The notes: generated from the letters alone by a model not told the origin. A stretch of DNA of 64,000 nucleotides from Myxococcota bacterium (GCA_965223415.1 OZ245002.1:3104001-3168000), one strand, 5' to 3'. Numbered from the stretch's first letter, positions 45,380 to 53,817 are shown. Program-made: numbers and translations.

Positions 45380-46273
45380 ATGGCGGAAGGCGCGGCAGCG
45401 GTCGGCGATCTCCTCGACCGCGCCGTCGCGGGCCAGGAGACCGCCCTCCTCCAGCTGGCTCGGCGAGTCACCTCCCTCATCGAGGGATGGGGCGCCTACA
45501 CCGTCCAGAGCGACTGGCGGATCCTCACCCAGGAGGCCACCCAGCAGGCCCTGGACGGCTGGCGGAGCAGCCGCCGGGAGGCCCAGGCCGCCCAGTTCCT
45601 GGAGGGGATCGTCCGAAACCGCTTCTGGGGCGAGGTGTTGGACGAGATGTCCCAGAACAACCCGCGGGCCGGCGAGCTCCTCTTCCCCACCATCCGCCGG
45701 CTCCTGGCCCGCTGGGACGGCTCCCGGCGCTTCGAGGCCAGCTGGGACGACGTCGTCCAGGAGGCCACCCACCAGCTCTGGGAGCGCTGGGCTACTGGCG
45801 AGGTGGAGCGGCCCTGGTCCCTCCTGTGCACCATCGCCAAGCGGCGCTTCCTCGATCAGACCCGGAGGGCCAAGGCCACGGAGGATCCGGAGATCCTGGA
45901 CGACCTCTCTGAAGAGGGCGAGGAATCCCCCGGGGGAGAGGTGTTCGCCCAGCAAGCGCTGGACGTGCTAGAGCCCGAGGAGCGGGGCATCGTCGTGCGG
46001 ATGGACATCGAGGGGCAGACCCGCGTCGAGATCGCGAGGGAGCTCGAGATGACCGAGGGCCAGGTGCTCTCGATCCGGCGCGCCGGGCTTCGGCGGATCT
46101 GGCGCTGGGCGGGGGCCGACCTTCCGCCGGAGATCCGGGACGTCTGGGAGGCGATGTTCAAGGGCGCCAAGCGGGCGGGCCCGGAGCAGGTGGCCGCCCA
46201 GCTGGGAATCACCCCCGGGGAAGTCGAGCAGCGGGTCGAGCAGGCCCGGGTGCTCCTGGGGCTGGCGGGATGA
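45380..46273 (+). CDS. ECF-like sigma-70 family factor with duplicated region 2- and region 4-like segments
   Basis: WDDVVQEA...LCTIAKRRFLD (region 2); LEPEER...EIARELEMTEGQV (region 4); GGAGG before ATG 45380. Confidence 0.8.
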   Translation: MAEGAAAVGDLLDRAVAGQETALLQLARRVTSLIEGWGAYTVQSDWRILTQEATQQALDGWRSSRREAQAAQFLEGIVRNRFWGEVLDEMSQNNPRAGELLFPTIRRLLARWDGSRRFEASWDDVVQEATHQLWERWATGEVERPWSLLCTIAKRRFLDQTRRAKATEDPEILDDLSEEGEESPGGEVFAQQALDVLEPEERGIVVRMDIEGQTRVEIARELEMTEGQVLSIRRAGLRRIWRWAGADLPPEIRDVWEAMFKGAKRAGPEQVAAQLGITPGEVEQRVEQARVLLGLAG

Positions 46274-46364
46274 GGGGTCCGGAATTTCGCGATCGGGTGA
46301 TCCGAATGGGGGGGGTGGCGCGACCTTGGTGCGAATGCCCCCACCTCATCTCGGGAGTGAGCCG

Positions 46365-47159
46365 ATGAGCGAACCCAATGACCCTCGCCTCGAGGGCGAC
46401 GACGCCTTCGAGGACGAGCTCGACCGCGCCACCGTCCTGCGGCTGCGCGGCGAGGACCCCCGCGCCGACCGCTGGCAGCCGGAGGACCAGGATCTGGTCC
46501 AGTTCGCGCGGAACCCCCGCGCCCTGGCGCCGGAGCTGCGCGCGCGGATCGACGCCTACCTGGAGAAGCACCCGGCCGAGCGCGACGCCCTGGCCGCCTT
46601 CGAGGTGCTCGCGCCGGCCCCGCCGGTGGCCGAGGCCGCCGAGGCGCCGTCGCTCCTGGCCCGCCTCACCTCTTCCCTCGCCGCCCTGGTGCCCGCTCCC
46701 CGGGCCGTCGCCTCCGCCGCGGCGCTCTTCCTGGTGGCCGGCGTGGGCTTCCTCCTGACCCAGGAGCCGGACGAGCCCGTCTGGCGGGGCCCGGACACGC
46801 CGATCGAGGATCCGATCGGCGGCCCGGACACCGGGCACCCGCCCCTCGACCTGGCCGAGATCGAGCTGGTCCCCGGCGTCGTGATGCCCCTGGAGGCCGC
46901 CTCCCTGCCCACGGCGGGCGAGGTGCTGCTGATCCTCGTCCTGCCCGGTGAGCCCCCGGAGGCGCCCGTCGAGCTGACCCTCCTCCGGGAAGGCGCCGCC
47001 GAGCCCCTGGCCCAGCGGAGCGCCCCCGCCTCCGAGGGGCCCGCCCCCGCCGTCCAGCTGCGTGTACCCGCCGAAGACCTCGAGCCCGGCGCCTACCGGG
47101 TGGAGGTCTTCGAAGGGCCTGCCGTCCCGCCGGTCGAGTTCCTCTTCGAGGTGAGGTGA
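46365..47159 (+). CDS. Putative single-pass membrane anti-sigma factor
   Basis: Directly after the sigma gene; N-terminal helical domain, TM (AAALFLVAGVGFLL), periplasmic Ig-like tail (LEPGAYRVEV). Confidence 0.65.
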   Translation: MSEPNDPRLEGDDAFEDELDRATVLRLRGEDPRADRWQPEDQDLVQFARNPRALAPELRARIDAYLEKHPAERDALAAFEVLAPAPPVAEAAEAPSLLARLTSSLAALVPAPRAVASAAALFLVAGVGFLLTQEPDEPVWRGPDTPIEDPIGGPDTGHPPLDLAEIELVPGVVMPLEAASLPTAGEVLLILVLPGEPPEAPVELTLLREGAAEPLAQRSAPASEGPAPAVQLRVPAEDLEPGAYRVEVFEGPAVPPVEFLFEVR

Positions 47160-47239
47160 TCCGGGCGCCCCCGTCGGGCGACTCTCCCCAAGAGAGCCCG
47201 CGGGAATCCCCCCGCGGCTCCCGCCCGGAAGGAACGGCC

Positions 47240-47554
47240 ATGCTGAAGCGCATCCTCTCCATCCTCGCCCTGACCGGGGTCGCCTGCGGCGGCACGCCGT
47301 CGGCGGCCGACGACGGCAAGCCGGTCACGGTCTGCCGGCACGACGCCCAGGGCACCGTGGCCGTCACGAACATCGGCAGCGTGGGCCCCGGCTCCGGCAG
47401 CACGCGGGTTCGCGTCGTGACCGGCAACCGGACGACCGTTGTCGATCCCGAGGGGGAGTGCGTCTTCACCGACGAGCCGCCGCGCCGCCATCCCCTCCGA
47501 GGGGGGGAGGCGAACTTCCCCCGGACGCCCGACGCTTCCGAGGTGCGGAGGTGA
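47240..47554 (+). CDS. Small secreted protein/lipoprotein
   Basis: AAGGA RBS; MLKRILSILALTGVAC signal; AVTNIGSV motif; Cys pair in the mature part. Confidence 0.7.
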   Translation: MLKRILSILALTGVACGGTPSAADDGKPVTVCRHDAQGTVAVTNIGSVGPGSGSTRVRVVTGNRTTVVDPEGECVFTDEPPRRHPLRGGEANFPRTPDASEVRR

Positions 47555-47616
47555 TCCGAGTCGCCGCCTCGCGCGACTCCTCTCGGGGCACGCAGCCCCC
47601 AGCAAAGGAGACCGAC

Positions 47617-47913
47617 ATGGGACGCAAACTCGCCGCCTTCGCCATCATTCCGATGATGCTCTTCGCGGGATCCGCCACCGCGAAGATCAACGAGGGCAAC
47701 ACCTCCGCCAAGAGCAAGCTGAACGTCCTGAAGGCCAAGACGTCGCACCGCCTCAAGGCCGATGAGGGGCAGGACCCCTGCAACCAGAGCCTGAACGCGG
47801 GCAACGTGATCATTCCCGAGGGCACCCGCGCTCCCCGCGAGGTGACCGTCGTGATCGAGGGAGACGTGACCAATGTTGGTTCGATCGTTGGCTCCGCGCG
47901 CTGCCGCCGCTAG
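47617..47913 (+). CDS. Small secreted protein
   Basis: AAGGAG RBS; signal peptide ending ATA; EVTVVIEGDVTNVGSIV; Cys pair. Confidence 0.78.
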   Translation: MGRKLAAFAIIPMMLFAGSATAKINEGNTSAKSKLNVLKAKTSHRLKADEGQDPCNQSLNAGNVIIPEGTRAPREVTVVIEGDVTNVGSIVGSARCRR

Positions 47914-49453
47914 CCGCCTCTTCATGGCCGCCGCCCTGGCGCTGCTCTTCGGAGCCTGCGCCACTCCCGGCAACCAGGCTGCCTACACCAGCCGCACGCC
48001 GGGGCTCGACCCCCAGACGACCCGCACGGTCTACTCCGGCGCGCTGGCCTGCATGGACGACCTGCTCCAGTCCTACGGGCCCCAGGGCACGATCATCACC
48101 AGCGTCGGCATCCCGGACGCGACCGGTCAGGTCCAGGTGGGCTCCCGCGACATGCTGATGTCGGCGATCTCCGACATGACACGGCGGAGCGGTGCCTTCA
48201 CCTACGTCGACCTCGACGTCACTCGCGAGGAGTCGCTGGCCATCCACGGCAACTCGCCGGACAAGACCTCGCTCTGGCCCACGTACCTGATCCGCGGGAC
48301 GATCTCGGGCCTCGACGAGAGCGTCATCGACGTGTCGAAGGGCCTGAGCTTCGGCGTGGAGCTCAGTGAGAACGATGCCGCCGCGGCCTACGCCAACAGC
48401 CGCACCTCGTCGGTGGTGTCCCTCGACCTTTTCATCGTGCGCTCGAAGGACCTGGTGCTCCTGCCCGGCCTCAAGGCGAGCAACTCGCTGGCGATCAGCC
48501 GCGCGGGCTCGGCCAGTGAAGCCGGGATCACGATCAAGCAGGTGGGCCTCGACTTCAGCGTCGAGCAGGAGGAGTCCGAGAGCCTGGCTCACGCGGTGCG
48601 CACGCTGATCGAGCTCGGCACTGTCGAGCTGATCGGCAAGTTCGCCCAGGTGCCCTACTGGCGCTGTCTCCAGGTCGAGGGGACGAACCCCGTGGTGATG
48701 AAGGAGGCGGCCGACTGGTACGCCGACATGGACGAGGACGAGAAGATCCTCTTCAGCCAGCGCGTGCTGATCGCGCGGGGCGAGTTCGCCGGGCCCGCCA
48801 CCGGCGAGCTGGACGCCGCCACCAAGGCCGCCATCGTCCGCTACCAGCAGGTGAACGGGCTGATCCCGACCGGTCGGCTCTCCTTCGAGCTCTACCACTC
48901 GATGCTCGGCAACGATCGCCCTGCCGAGGTGGGGGAGCCGGTCACGTTCATCGAGCAGGACGAGACGCCCGACCCGGTGGCGGACCAGGTGCCCGTGCGC
49001 GAGCCCCTGCTCCTGACGCTCACGTCGGCGCGTGGATCCCAGCCGAGCTTCGCGCCGAACGAGATGCTGAGCATCCAGGTCGGCGCGTCGCGGGACGCCT
49101 ACGTGTACTGCTACTACCGGGACGGCGCCGATCGCATCTCGCGCATCTACCCGAACCAGTTCCAGCCCGATCCCTATCTGCCGGCGGGCCAGTACGTAAC
49201 GGTTCCGCCCGTCGACGCCGCGGGACACCCCACGCGCTTCGGCATCCGCTTCGAGCATCCCGGCGCGGCGGAGGAGGTCGCCTGCCTCGCCTCGGACCGG
49301 GAGGTCGGCATCTGGCTGCCCCGGACGCTGAAGCAGCGGGATCTCGCCCCGCTGCCCGTCGGGAGCCTGGCCGAGCTCGAGGCCGCCTTCGAAGAGCTCG
49401 ACGGCGAAGGCCTCGTCCGCGCGCGGCTGCCCATCGAAGTGACCCGCGAGTAG
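47873..49453 (+). CDS. CsgG/HfaB-like lipoprotein + peptidoglycan-binding domain + DUF4384-like domain
   Basis: Lipobox FGAC; ALACMD...IPDATG...DMLMSAIS...IRGTISGLD...VVSLDL resembles HfaB/CsgG; TGELDAATKAAIVRYQ..NGL.PTG is PG_binding_1-like; RDAYVYCYY..G...RIYPN is DUF4384-like. Alternative start 47924. Confidence 0.75.
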   Translation: MLVRSLAPRAAAASRLFMAAALALLFGACATPGNQAAYTSRTPGLDPQTTRTVYSGALACMDDLLQSYGPQGTIITSVGIPDATGQVQVGSRDMLMSAISDMTRRSGAFTYVDLDVTREESLAIHGNSPDKTSLWPTYLIRGTISGLDESVIDVSKGLSFGVELSENDAAAAYANSRTSSVVSLDLFIVRSKDLVLLPGLKASNSLAISRAGSASEAGITIKQVGLDFSVEQEESESLAHAVRTLIELGTVELIGKFAQVPYWRCLQVEGTNPVVMKEAADWYADMDEDEKILFSQRVLIARGEFAGPATGELDAATKAAIVRYQQVNGLIPTGRLSFELYHSMLGNDRPAEVGEPVTFIEQDETPDPVADQVPVREPLLLTLTSARGSQPSFAPNEMLSIQVGASRDAYVYCYYRDGADRISRIYPNQFQPDPYLPAGQYVTVPPVDAAGHPTRFGIRFEHPGAAEEVACLASDREVGIWLPRTLKQRDLAPLPVGSLAELEAAFEELDGEGLVRARLPIEVTRE

Positions 49454-49513
49454 CGCGGCTGCTCATCTGCACCCGCGAGCAACCCCTCACCCATCCTTCC
49501 TGGAGACACGATC

Positions 49514-50068
49514 ATGAGCTTCCGAATGCGACGGCCGGCGTGGGTCGCTGGCCTGATCCTGGGTCTGCTGCTGGGCCTTCCGCTCGGCGCAGCCGCCCAG
49601 GACACCCTCCCGACCGCCCCGGTCCGGATGTACGACGAGCCCCTCTCGGCCGACGAGCTGGCCCAGAAGCTCTTTCCGCCCAAGCTCCGCTCGATCGTCC
49701 CGGTCGAGGAGCAGCCGAAGCCCGAGGTGATCGGCTACGCGATCCAGTTCGGCTTCGACTCGGCGGAGCTCCTGCCCGCGGCGAAGCCCTACCTGGACGA
49801 GCTCGGCAAGATGATGAACCTGGAGCGGCTCTCGAGCGCGAGCCTGGTCGTCGAAGGCCACACGGACGCGATCGGCTCCGAGGACTACAACCTCGACCTG
49901 TCGCTGCGACGGGCCCAGGCCGTGGCCGGCTACCTGGCGAAGGCGCACCGCATCGACCCGAACCGCCTCGTGACCCAGGGCCGCGGCGAGAGCCGGCCGC
50001 TGCCGGACCGGGCGCCGACCGATGGCCAGAACCGCCGCGTCCAGTTCGGCGGCCTCGGCGCTCGTTAG
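49514..50068 (+). CDS. OmpA/MotB C-terminal domain protein, secreted
   Basis: IQFGFDSAEL, VEGHTDAIGSEDYNLDLSLRRA, GRGESRP, NRRVQF. Confidence 0.93.
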   Translation: MSFRMRRPAWVAGLILGLLLGLPLGAAAQDTLPTAPVRMYDEPLSADELAQKLFPPKLRSIVPVEEQPKPEVIGYAIQFGFDSAELLPAAKPYLDELGKMMNLERLSSASLVVEGHTDAIGSEDYNLDLSLRRAQAVAGYLAKAHRIDPNRLVTQGRGESRPLPDRAPTDGQNRRVQFGGLGAR

Positions 50069-50084
50069 GTCAGGGAGCCTACCC

Positions 50085-52292
50085 GTGGTCCGTAGCCTCC
50101 TGGTTGCCCTCGCCGCACTCGCGGCCCTGTTCGGTAGCGTCGCTCCCGGCTGGGCCGCGAAGCGGGCCCTGATCGTCGGGATCAACGACTACCGGGGCGA
50201 GAACAGCGGTGGGCGCTGGCGCGACCTCCGCGGCGCCGTGAACGACGCCGAGGCCATGCGCTCGCTGCTGGTCTCCCGCTTCGGCTTCGCGGGGGACGAC
50301 GTGGTGCTGCTGCGCGACGCCGAGGCGACCCGGGAGCGCATCCTCGCCGAGATCGAGGGGCACCTGGTCGCTCCGGCGAAGCCCGGCGACGTCGCCTTCT
50401 TCCACTTCGCCGGTCACGGCTCCCAGGTGCGCAACGCCCAGGGCCAGGAGCTCGATCGGCTGGACGAGACGATCGTCCCCGCCGATTCGCGGCTGGGCGC
50501 GCCGGACATCCGCGACAAGGAGCTGCGGGTCCGCTTCAACGACGTGCTCGACCGGGGTGCCGACCTGGTCGCCGTCTTCGACAGCTGCAGCAGCGGCTCC
50601 ATCCTGCGCTCGCTCCAGGCGGTGCGCTTCCTGCCGCCGGGCGACGCGCCGGCTCCCGCCCTGGCGCCGGAGCGCCGGGCGCCGCCGGAGGAGCGCGGCG
50701 CGCTGCTGCTCTCCGCCGCCTCGAGCGGGCTGCCTGCCGCCGAGACGAAGGACGCCGCCGGCCGGCCTCGCGGCGCCCTGAGCTTCGCCCTGATCCGCGC
50801 CCTGCGGGAGGCGGCGCTGGACGAGCCCGCGGACCAGCTCTTCCTGCGCGTGCGCAGCGCGCTGCTGGCCGAGGACCTGGGCCAGGCCCCGGTGCTCGCC
50901 GCCACCTCCGAGCGTCGCGCCCGCCCGCTGCTCGGCGGGGAGGCGCAGGCGGCGGGCGCGACCCGGGTCGGCGTCCTGCGCGTCCGCAGCGACGGCCTCG
51001 TCGAACTCGACGCCGGCGCGGCCAGCGGCCTGAACCCGGGGGCCGAGCTGGTCTCGAACCGCATTGGCGATACGCGCCGGCTGCGCGTGGTCGAGGTGCC
51101 GGGCGTCGCCCTGGCCCTGGCCCGGGTGAGCGGCGGCGATGCGGCGTCGCTCCAGCCGGGCGATCTCTTCCGTCTCGACCGTTGGAGCGCCCCGGACGGC
51201 GCCGCGCTGCGCATCCTGCTGCCCGAAGCGGCGCCGCCCGCCCAGGGGAAGGCGCTTCACGCCGCCGCCGCGGCACTGCGCGTCGAGGCCGCCGCCCGGG
51301 GCGTGACCTGGGTCGAGGATCCGACCACCCAGCGCCCGACCCACCGCCTGGTGTGGCGGGCGGCCGGCGGCTGGATGCTTCGCGGGCCCGACGCCGAGCA
51401 GCCCGTCGGTGCGCTCGACCCGGCGCGCGCCGCCTCCCTCGTCTCCGGGCTGCCGCAGGGCGCGAGCCTGCTCGTGGAACTTCCCCCCGCCCCGGGCCTG
51501 CGCCGCGCCCTCGCCGAGCGGGCCGCGGCCGCCGGAGGCTCCATCGAGCTGGTCGGCCCGGAGGCGGCCCACTTCGCGCTCGTCGGCGTCCTGCGCGGCG
51601 ACGGCGTTCACCACGCCTGGGTGCGGCCCGGGGCTTCGCTTCGCCGTGAGGTCGGCGGGCTCCCGCCGCGCAGCGACTGGACGAAAGCCCAGGGTGCGAG
51701 CGCTGCCCTCGGCGCCTCCCTCGACGCGCTGCTGCGCATCCGCTCGTGGCTGACGCTTCCGGCGCCGCCCGACGAGGGGCGCTTCCCCTACCGCCTCGCC
51801 CTGCGCCGCGAGAGTGACGGCCGCCGCGTTCCCGGCGGCGCCGTGCGCGCCGGCGAGCGCTACCGCATCGCCCTCGAGGCCGAGCGCCCGGGGCCGCGCT
51901 CATCGATCGAGCCGCGCTACGTCTACGTCTTCGCCATCGACGCCTTCGGCCGCCAGGCGCTGGTGTTCCCGACCGCTGACCGCGGCAACGCCGAGAACCG
52001 CATGCCGCCCCCGGGCGCCCTCGGCGCCCCCGCGCCGCCGGTGCTTCCCGTCGGCTCGATCGAGATCGCGCCGCCCTTCGGCCACGAGACCCTGGTCATG
52101 GTCACCAGCGCCACGCCCTTGGCCGACCCCCGGGTCCTCGAGGGCCGCGGCGTCCGCACCCGCACCGGCTCCGCCCTCGAGCAGCTGCTCGGCTGGGTCG
52201 GTACCCCGTCCCGCGCGCCCCGTACCGCCACCCCCACCAGCTGGGGCATCCAGCGGCTCTCCCTCGTGAGCCTGCCCCGTCAAGGAGAGTGA
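50085..52292 (+). CDS. Secreted caspase-family (metacaspase-like C14) protease with C-terminal DUF4384-like domain
   Basis: Signal peptide; KRALIVGINDY, LRGAVNDA, HFAGHGSQ (His), DETIVPAD, FDSCSSG (Cys); YVYVFAID..G...LVFP and IAPPFGHETL at the C-terminus. Confidence 0.9.
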   Translation: MVRSLLVALAALAALFGSVAPGWAAKRALIVGINDYRGENSGGRWRDLRGAVNDAEAMRSLLVSRFGFAGDDVVLLRDAEATRERILAEIEGHLVAPAKPGDVAFFHFAGHGSQVRNAQGQELDRLDETIVPADSRLGAPDIRDKELRVRFNDVLDRGADLVAVFDSCSSGSILRSLQAVRFLPPGDAPAPALAPERRAPPEERGALLLSAASSGLPAAETKDAAGRPRGALSFALIRALREAALDEPADQLFLRVRSALLAEDLGQAPVLAATSERRARPLLGGEAQAAGATRVGVLRVRSDGLVELDAGAASGLNPGAELVSNRIGDTRRLRVVEVPGVALALARVSGGDAASLQPGDLFRLDRWSAPDGAALRILLPEAAPPAQGKALHAAAAALRVEAAARGVTWVEDPTTQRPTHRLVWRAAGGWMLRGPDAEQPVGALDPARAASLVSGLPQGASLLVELPPAPGLRRALAERAAAAGGSIELVGPEAAHFALVGVLRGDGVHHAWVRPGASLRREVGGLPPRSDWTKAQGASAALGASLDALLRIRSWLTLPAPPDEGRFPYRLALRRESDGRRVPGGAVRAGERYRIALEAERPGPRSSIEPRYVYVFAIDAFGRQALVFPTADRGNAENRMPPPGALGAPAPPVLPVGSIEIAPPFGHETLVMVTSATPLADPRVLEGRGVRTRTGSALEQLLGWVGTPSRAPRTATPTSWGIQRLSLVSLPRQGE

Positions 52293-52293
52293 G

Positions 52294-52581
52294 ATGTTCC
52301 GCAAGCTCGCCCTGATCCTGCTCGCCTGCGGCGCGCTCGCCCTCCCGGCCAGCGCCCAGCCGCCCTGCAACACCAGCAAGGGCTCGACCCAGGCGATGGA
52401 GTGTCTGGCGAAGAAGCTCCACGATCTCGAGTCGGAGCTGCGACGCGCCATCGTCCTGTTCGAGCGCCACCACTGCCCGGAGGGCTGGATCGCCCTCGAG
52501 GAGGCCAAGGTAGGGGAGATCCGCGGGACGTTCCGGAACCCGAGCTTCCCGCTGGTCTACTGCAAGAAGCTCGACGGCTAG
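52294..52581 (+). CDS. Small secreted Cys-containing protein
   Basis: AGGAG RBS; signal ending ASA; short coiled coil then F....CPEGW motif and terminal YCKK. Confidence 0.7.
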   Translation: MFRKLALILLACGALALPASAQPPCNTSKGSTQAMECLAKKLHDLESELRRAIVLFERHHCPEGWIALEEAKVGEIRGTFRNPSFPLVYCKKLDG

Positions 52582-52592
52582 CGCGGGGCAGA

Positions 52593-53117
52593 ATGCGATA
52601 CCGCGAAGCCATCCGGGCGGACGCGGAGGCCGTCGCGGCGCTTCACGCCGAGAGCTGGCGCGCCCACTACCGCGGGGCCTACCGCGACGGGTACCTGGAT
52701 GGGGACGTCGTCTCCGACCGTCGCAGGGTCTGGGAGGAGCGCTTCGCGTCCCCGCCGCCGAATCAGCACGTCGTCCTGGCGGAAGGCGCCGGCGCGCTGG
52801 TCGGCTTCGCATGCGTCTACGGCGGGGAGGACGAGCGATGGGGATCGCTGCTCGACAACCTGCACGTCCGCCCCGGGCAGCAGGGGCGCGGCGTCGGCGC
52901 CGCGCTGGTCGCGGAGGTGGCCGCATGGTGTCGCCGGCGGTTCCCGAACGCGGGGCTCTACCTGTGGGTGCTGGCGGAGAACGAGGGCGCGCAGCGCTTC
53001 TACGCGCGCCTCGGCGCCAGCGATCGCGGAGGGGAGCGCTCCGAGCCGCCGGGTGGAGGGGAGATCCACGGCCGACGCTATGCGTGGGACGGGATCCCGG
53101 ACCTTCCGCGGCCCTGA
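52593..53117 (+). CDS. GNAT family N-acetyltransferase
   Basis: LHAESWR..YRG, LHVRPGQQGRGVG, LWVLAENEGAQRFY. Confidence 0.9.
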   Translation: MRYREAIRADAEAVAALHAESWRAHYRGAYRDGYLDGDVVSDRRRVWEERFASPPPNQHVVLAEGAGALVGFACVYGGEDERWGSLLDNLHVRPGQQGRGVGAALVAEVAAWCRRRFPNAGLYLWVLAENEGAQRFYARLGASDRGGERSEPPGGGEIHGRRYAWDGIPDLPRP

Positions 53118-53128
53118 GGCCGAAACGG

Positions 53129-53169
53129 GAACCGCGCCGGCCCTGGGGAGGGACCGGCGCGGTTCTTTC
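53129..53169 (+). terminator. Intrinsic terminator
   Basis: GAACCGCGCCGG...CCGGCGCGGTTC stem followed by TTT. Confidence 0.65.
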
Positions 53170-53213
53170 GTGGAGCCAACCGGGAGGCGGAGGAACCAGA
53201 CCTCCCGCGGCTG

Positions 53214-53405
53214 CTACACGGGAAGGCTGTAGGAGGGGGTCGGGGTCCGGGGCGCCCGCGGCGGCTCGCCGGACATGCGGTCGAAGCGTCCCGCCCCGGC
53301 GAAGGAGCGCCGGCAGCCCGTGCACTCGGGGTCCCGTTCGCCGACGACGGTCAGGCAGTGCAGGCAGTAGCAGGGAGAGGTCTCGTTCGGGTTCGGGAAC
53401 GTCAT
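53214..53405 (-). CDS. Small zinc-ribbon-like protein
   Basis: AGGAGG RBS; MTFPNP...CYCLHC...CTGC; 63 aa. Confidence 0.6.
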   Translation of the reverse strand: MTFPNPNETSPCYCLHCLTVVGERDPECTGCRRSFAGAGRFDRMSGEPPRAPRTPTPSYSLPV

Positions 53406-53478
53406 GATGTCGGGCCTCCTGCCGAGGAGTCGAGCGACGAGCCGATCCGGATCACCCGGATGGCCGGCGCTTCGGAAT

Positions 53479-53817
53479 TCAGGCCGCGAAGGGCGCGCCC
53501 TCGCGAATCGAGTCGACGACGTCGGCGAACGCCGGGTCGAAGGCGTCGACGTGGTCGGACCACCAGCGGAGCACGCCCGGGGTGAGGACCAGCCACGCCA
53601 GGACCCGATGGATCTGGGTCCAGACCGTCTCGTCGAGGGCGCTCCGCTGGAGGTGGATCTCCTGGCACAGGGAGAAGAGGCCCCGCAGGTGGGCACTCAG
53701 GCGCCGGGCGTCCTCGTCGGACAGGCACTCGGACCCGGCGAGCTCGGCCAGCAGCCGGTGCAGGTCCGGGTTGAGCTGGAGCCGGCGAAGCAGTCGGTGG
53801 CTGGCGAGGCGTCCCAT
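53479..53817 (-). CDS. Hypothetical protein
   Basis: GGAG RBS; helical; PGVLRWW...FDPAF pattern; may be N-terminally truncated. Confidence 0.55.
   Translation of the reverse strand: MGRLASHRLLRRLQLNPDLHRLLAELAGSECLSDEDARRLSAHLRGLFSLCQEIHLQRSALDETVWTQIHRVLAWLVLTPGVLRWWSDHVDAFDPAFADVVDSIREGAPFAA

Noticed and set aside
43876..49453. Naming these genes csgA/csgG, fapC or hfaA/hfaB
   Set aside because: The subunits lack the Gln/Asn-rich curlin and Fap repeat signatures and the channel-like protein has extra domains; only analogy is supportable.
37460..52292. Caspase-based anti-phage or cell-death system (gasdermin, CRISPR-associated, NLR-like)
   Set aside because: No gasdermin, NTPase, cyclase or cas genes nearby, and both proteases carry export signals.
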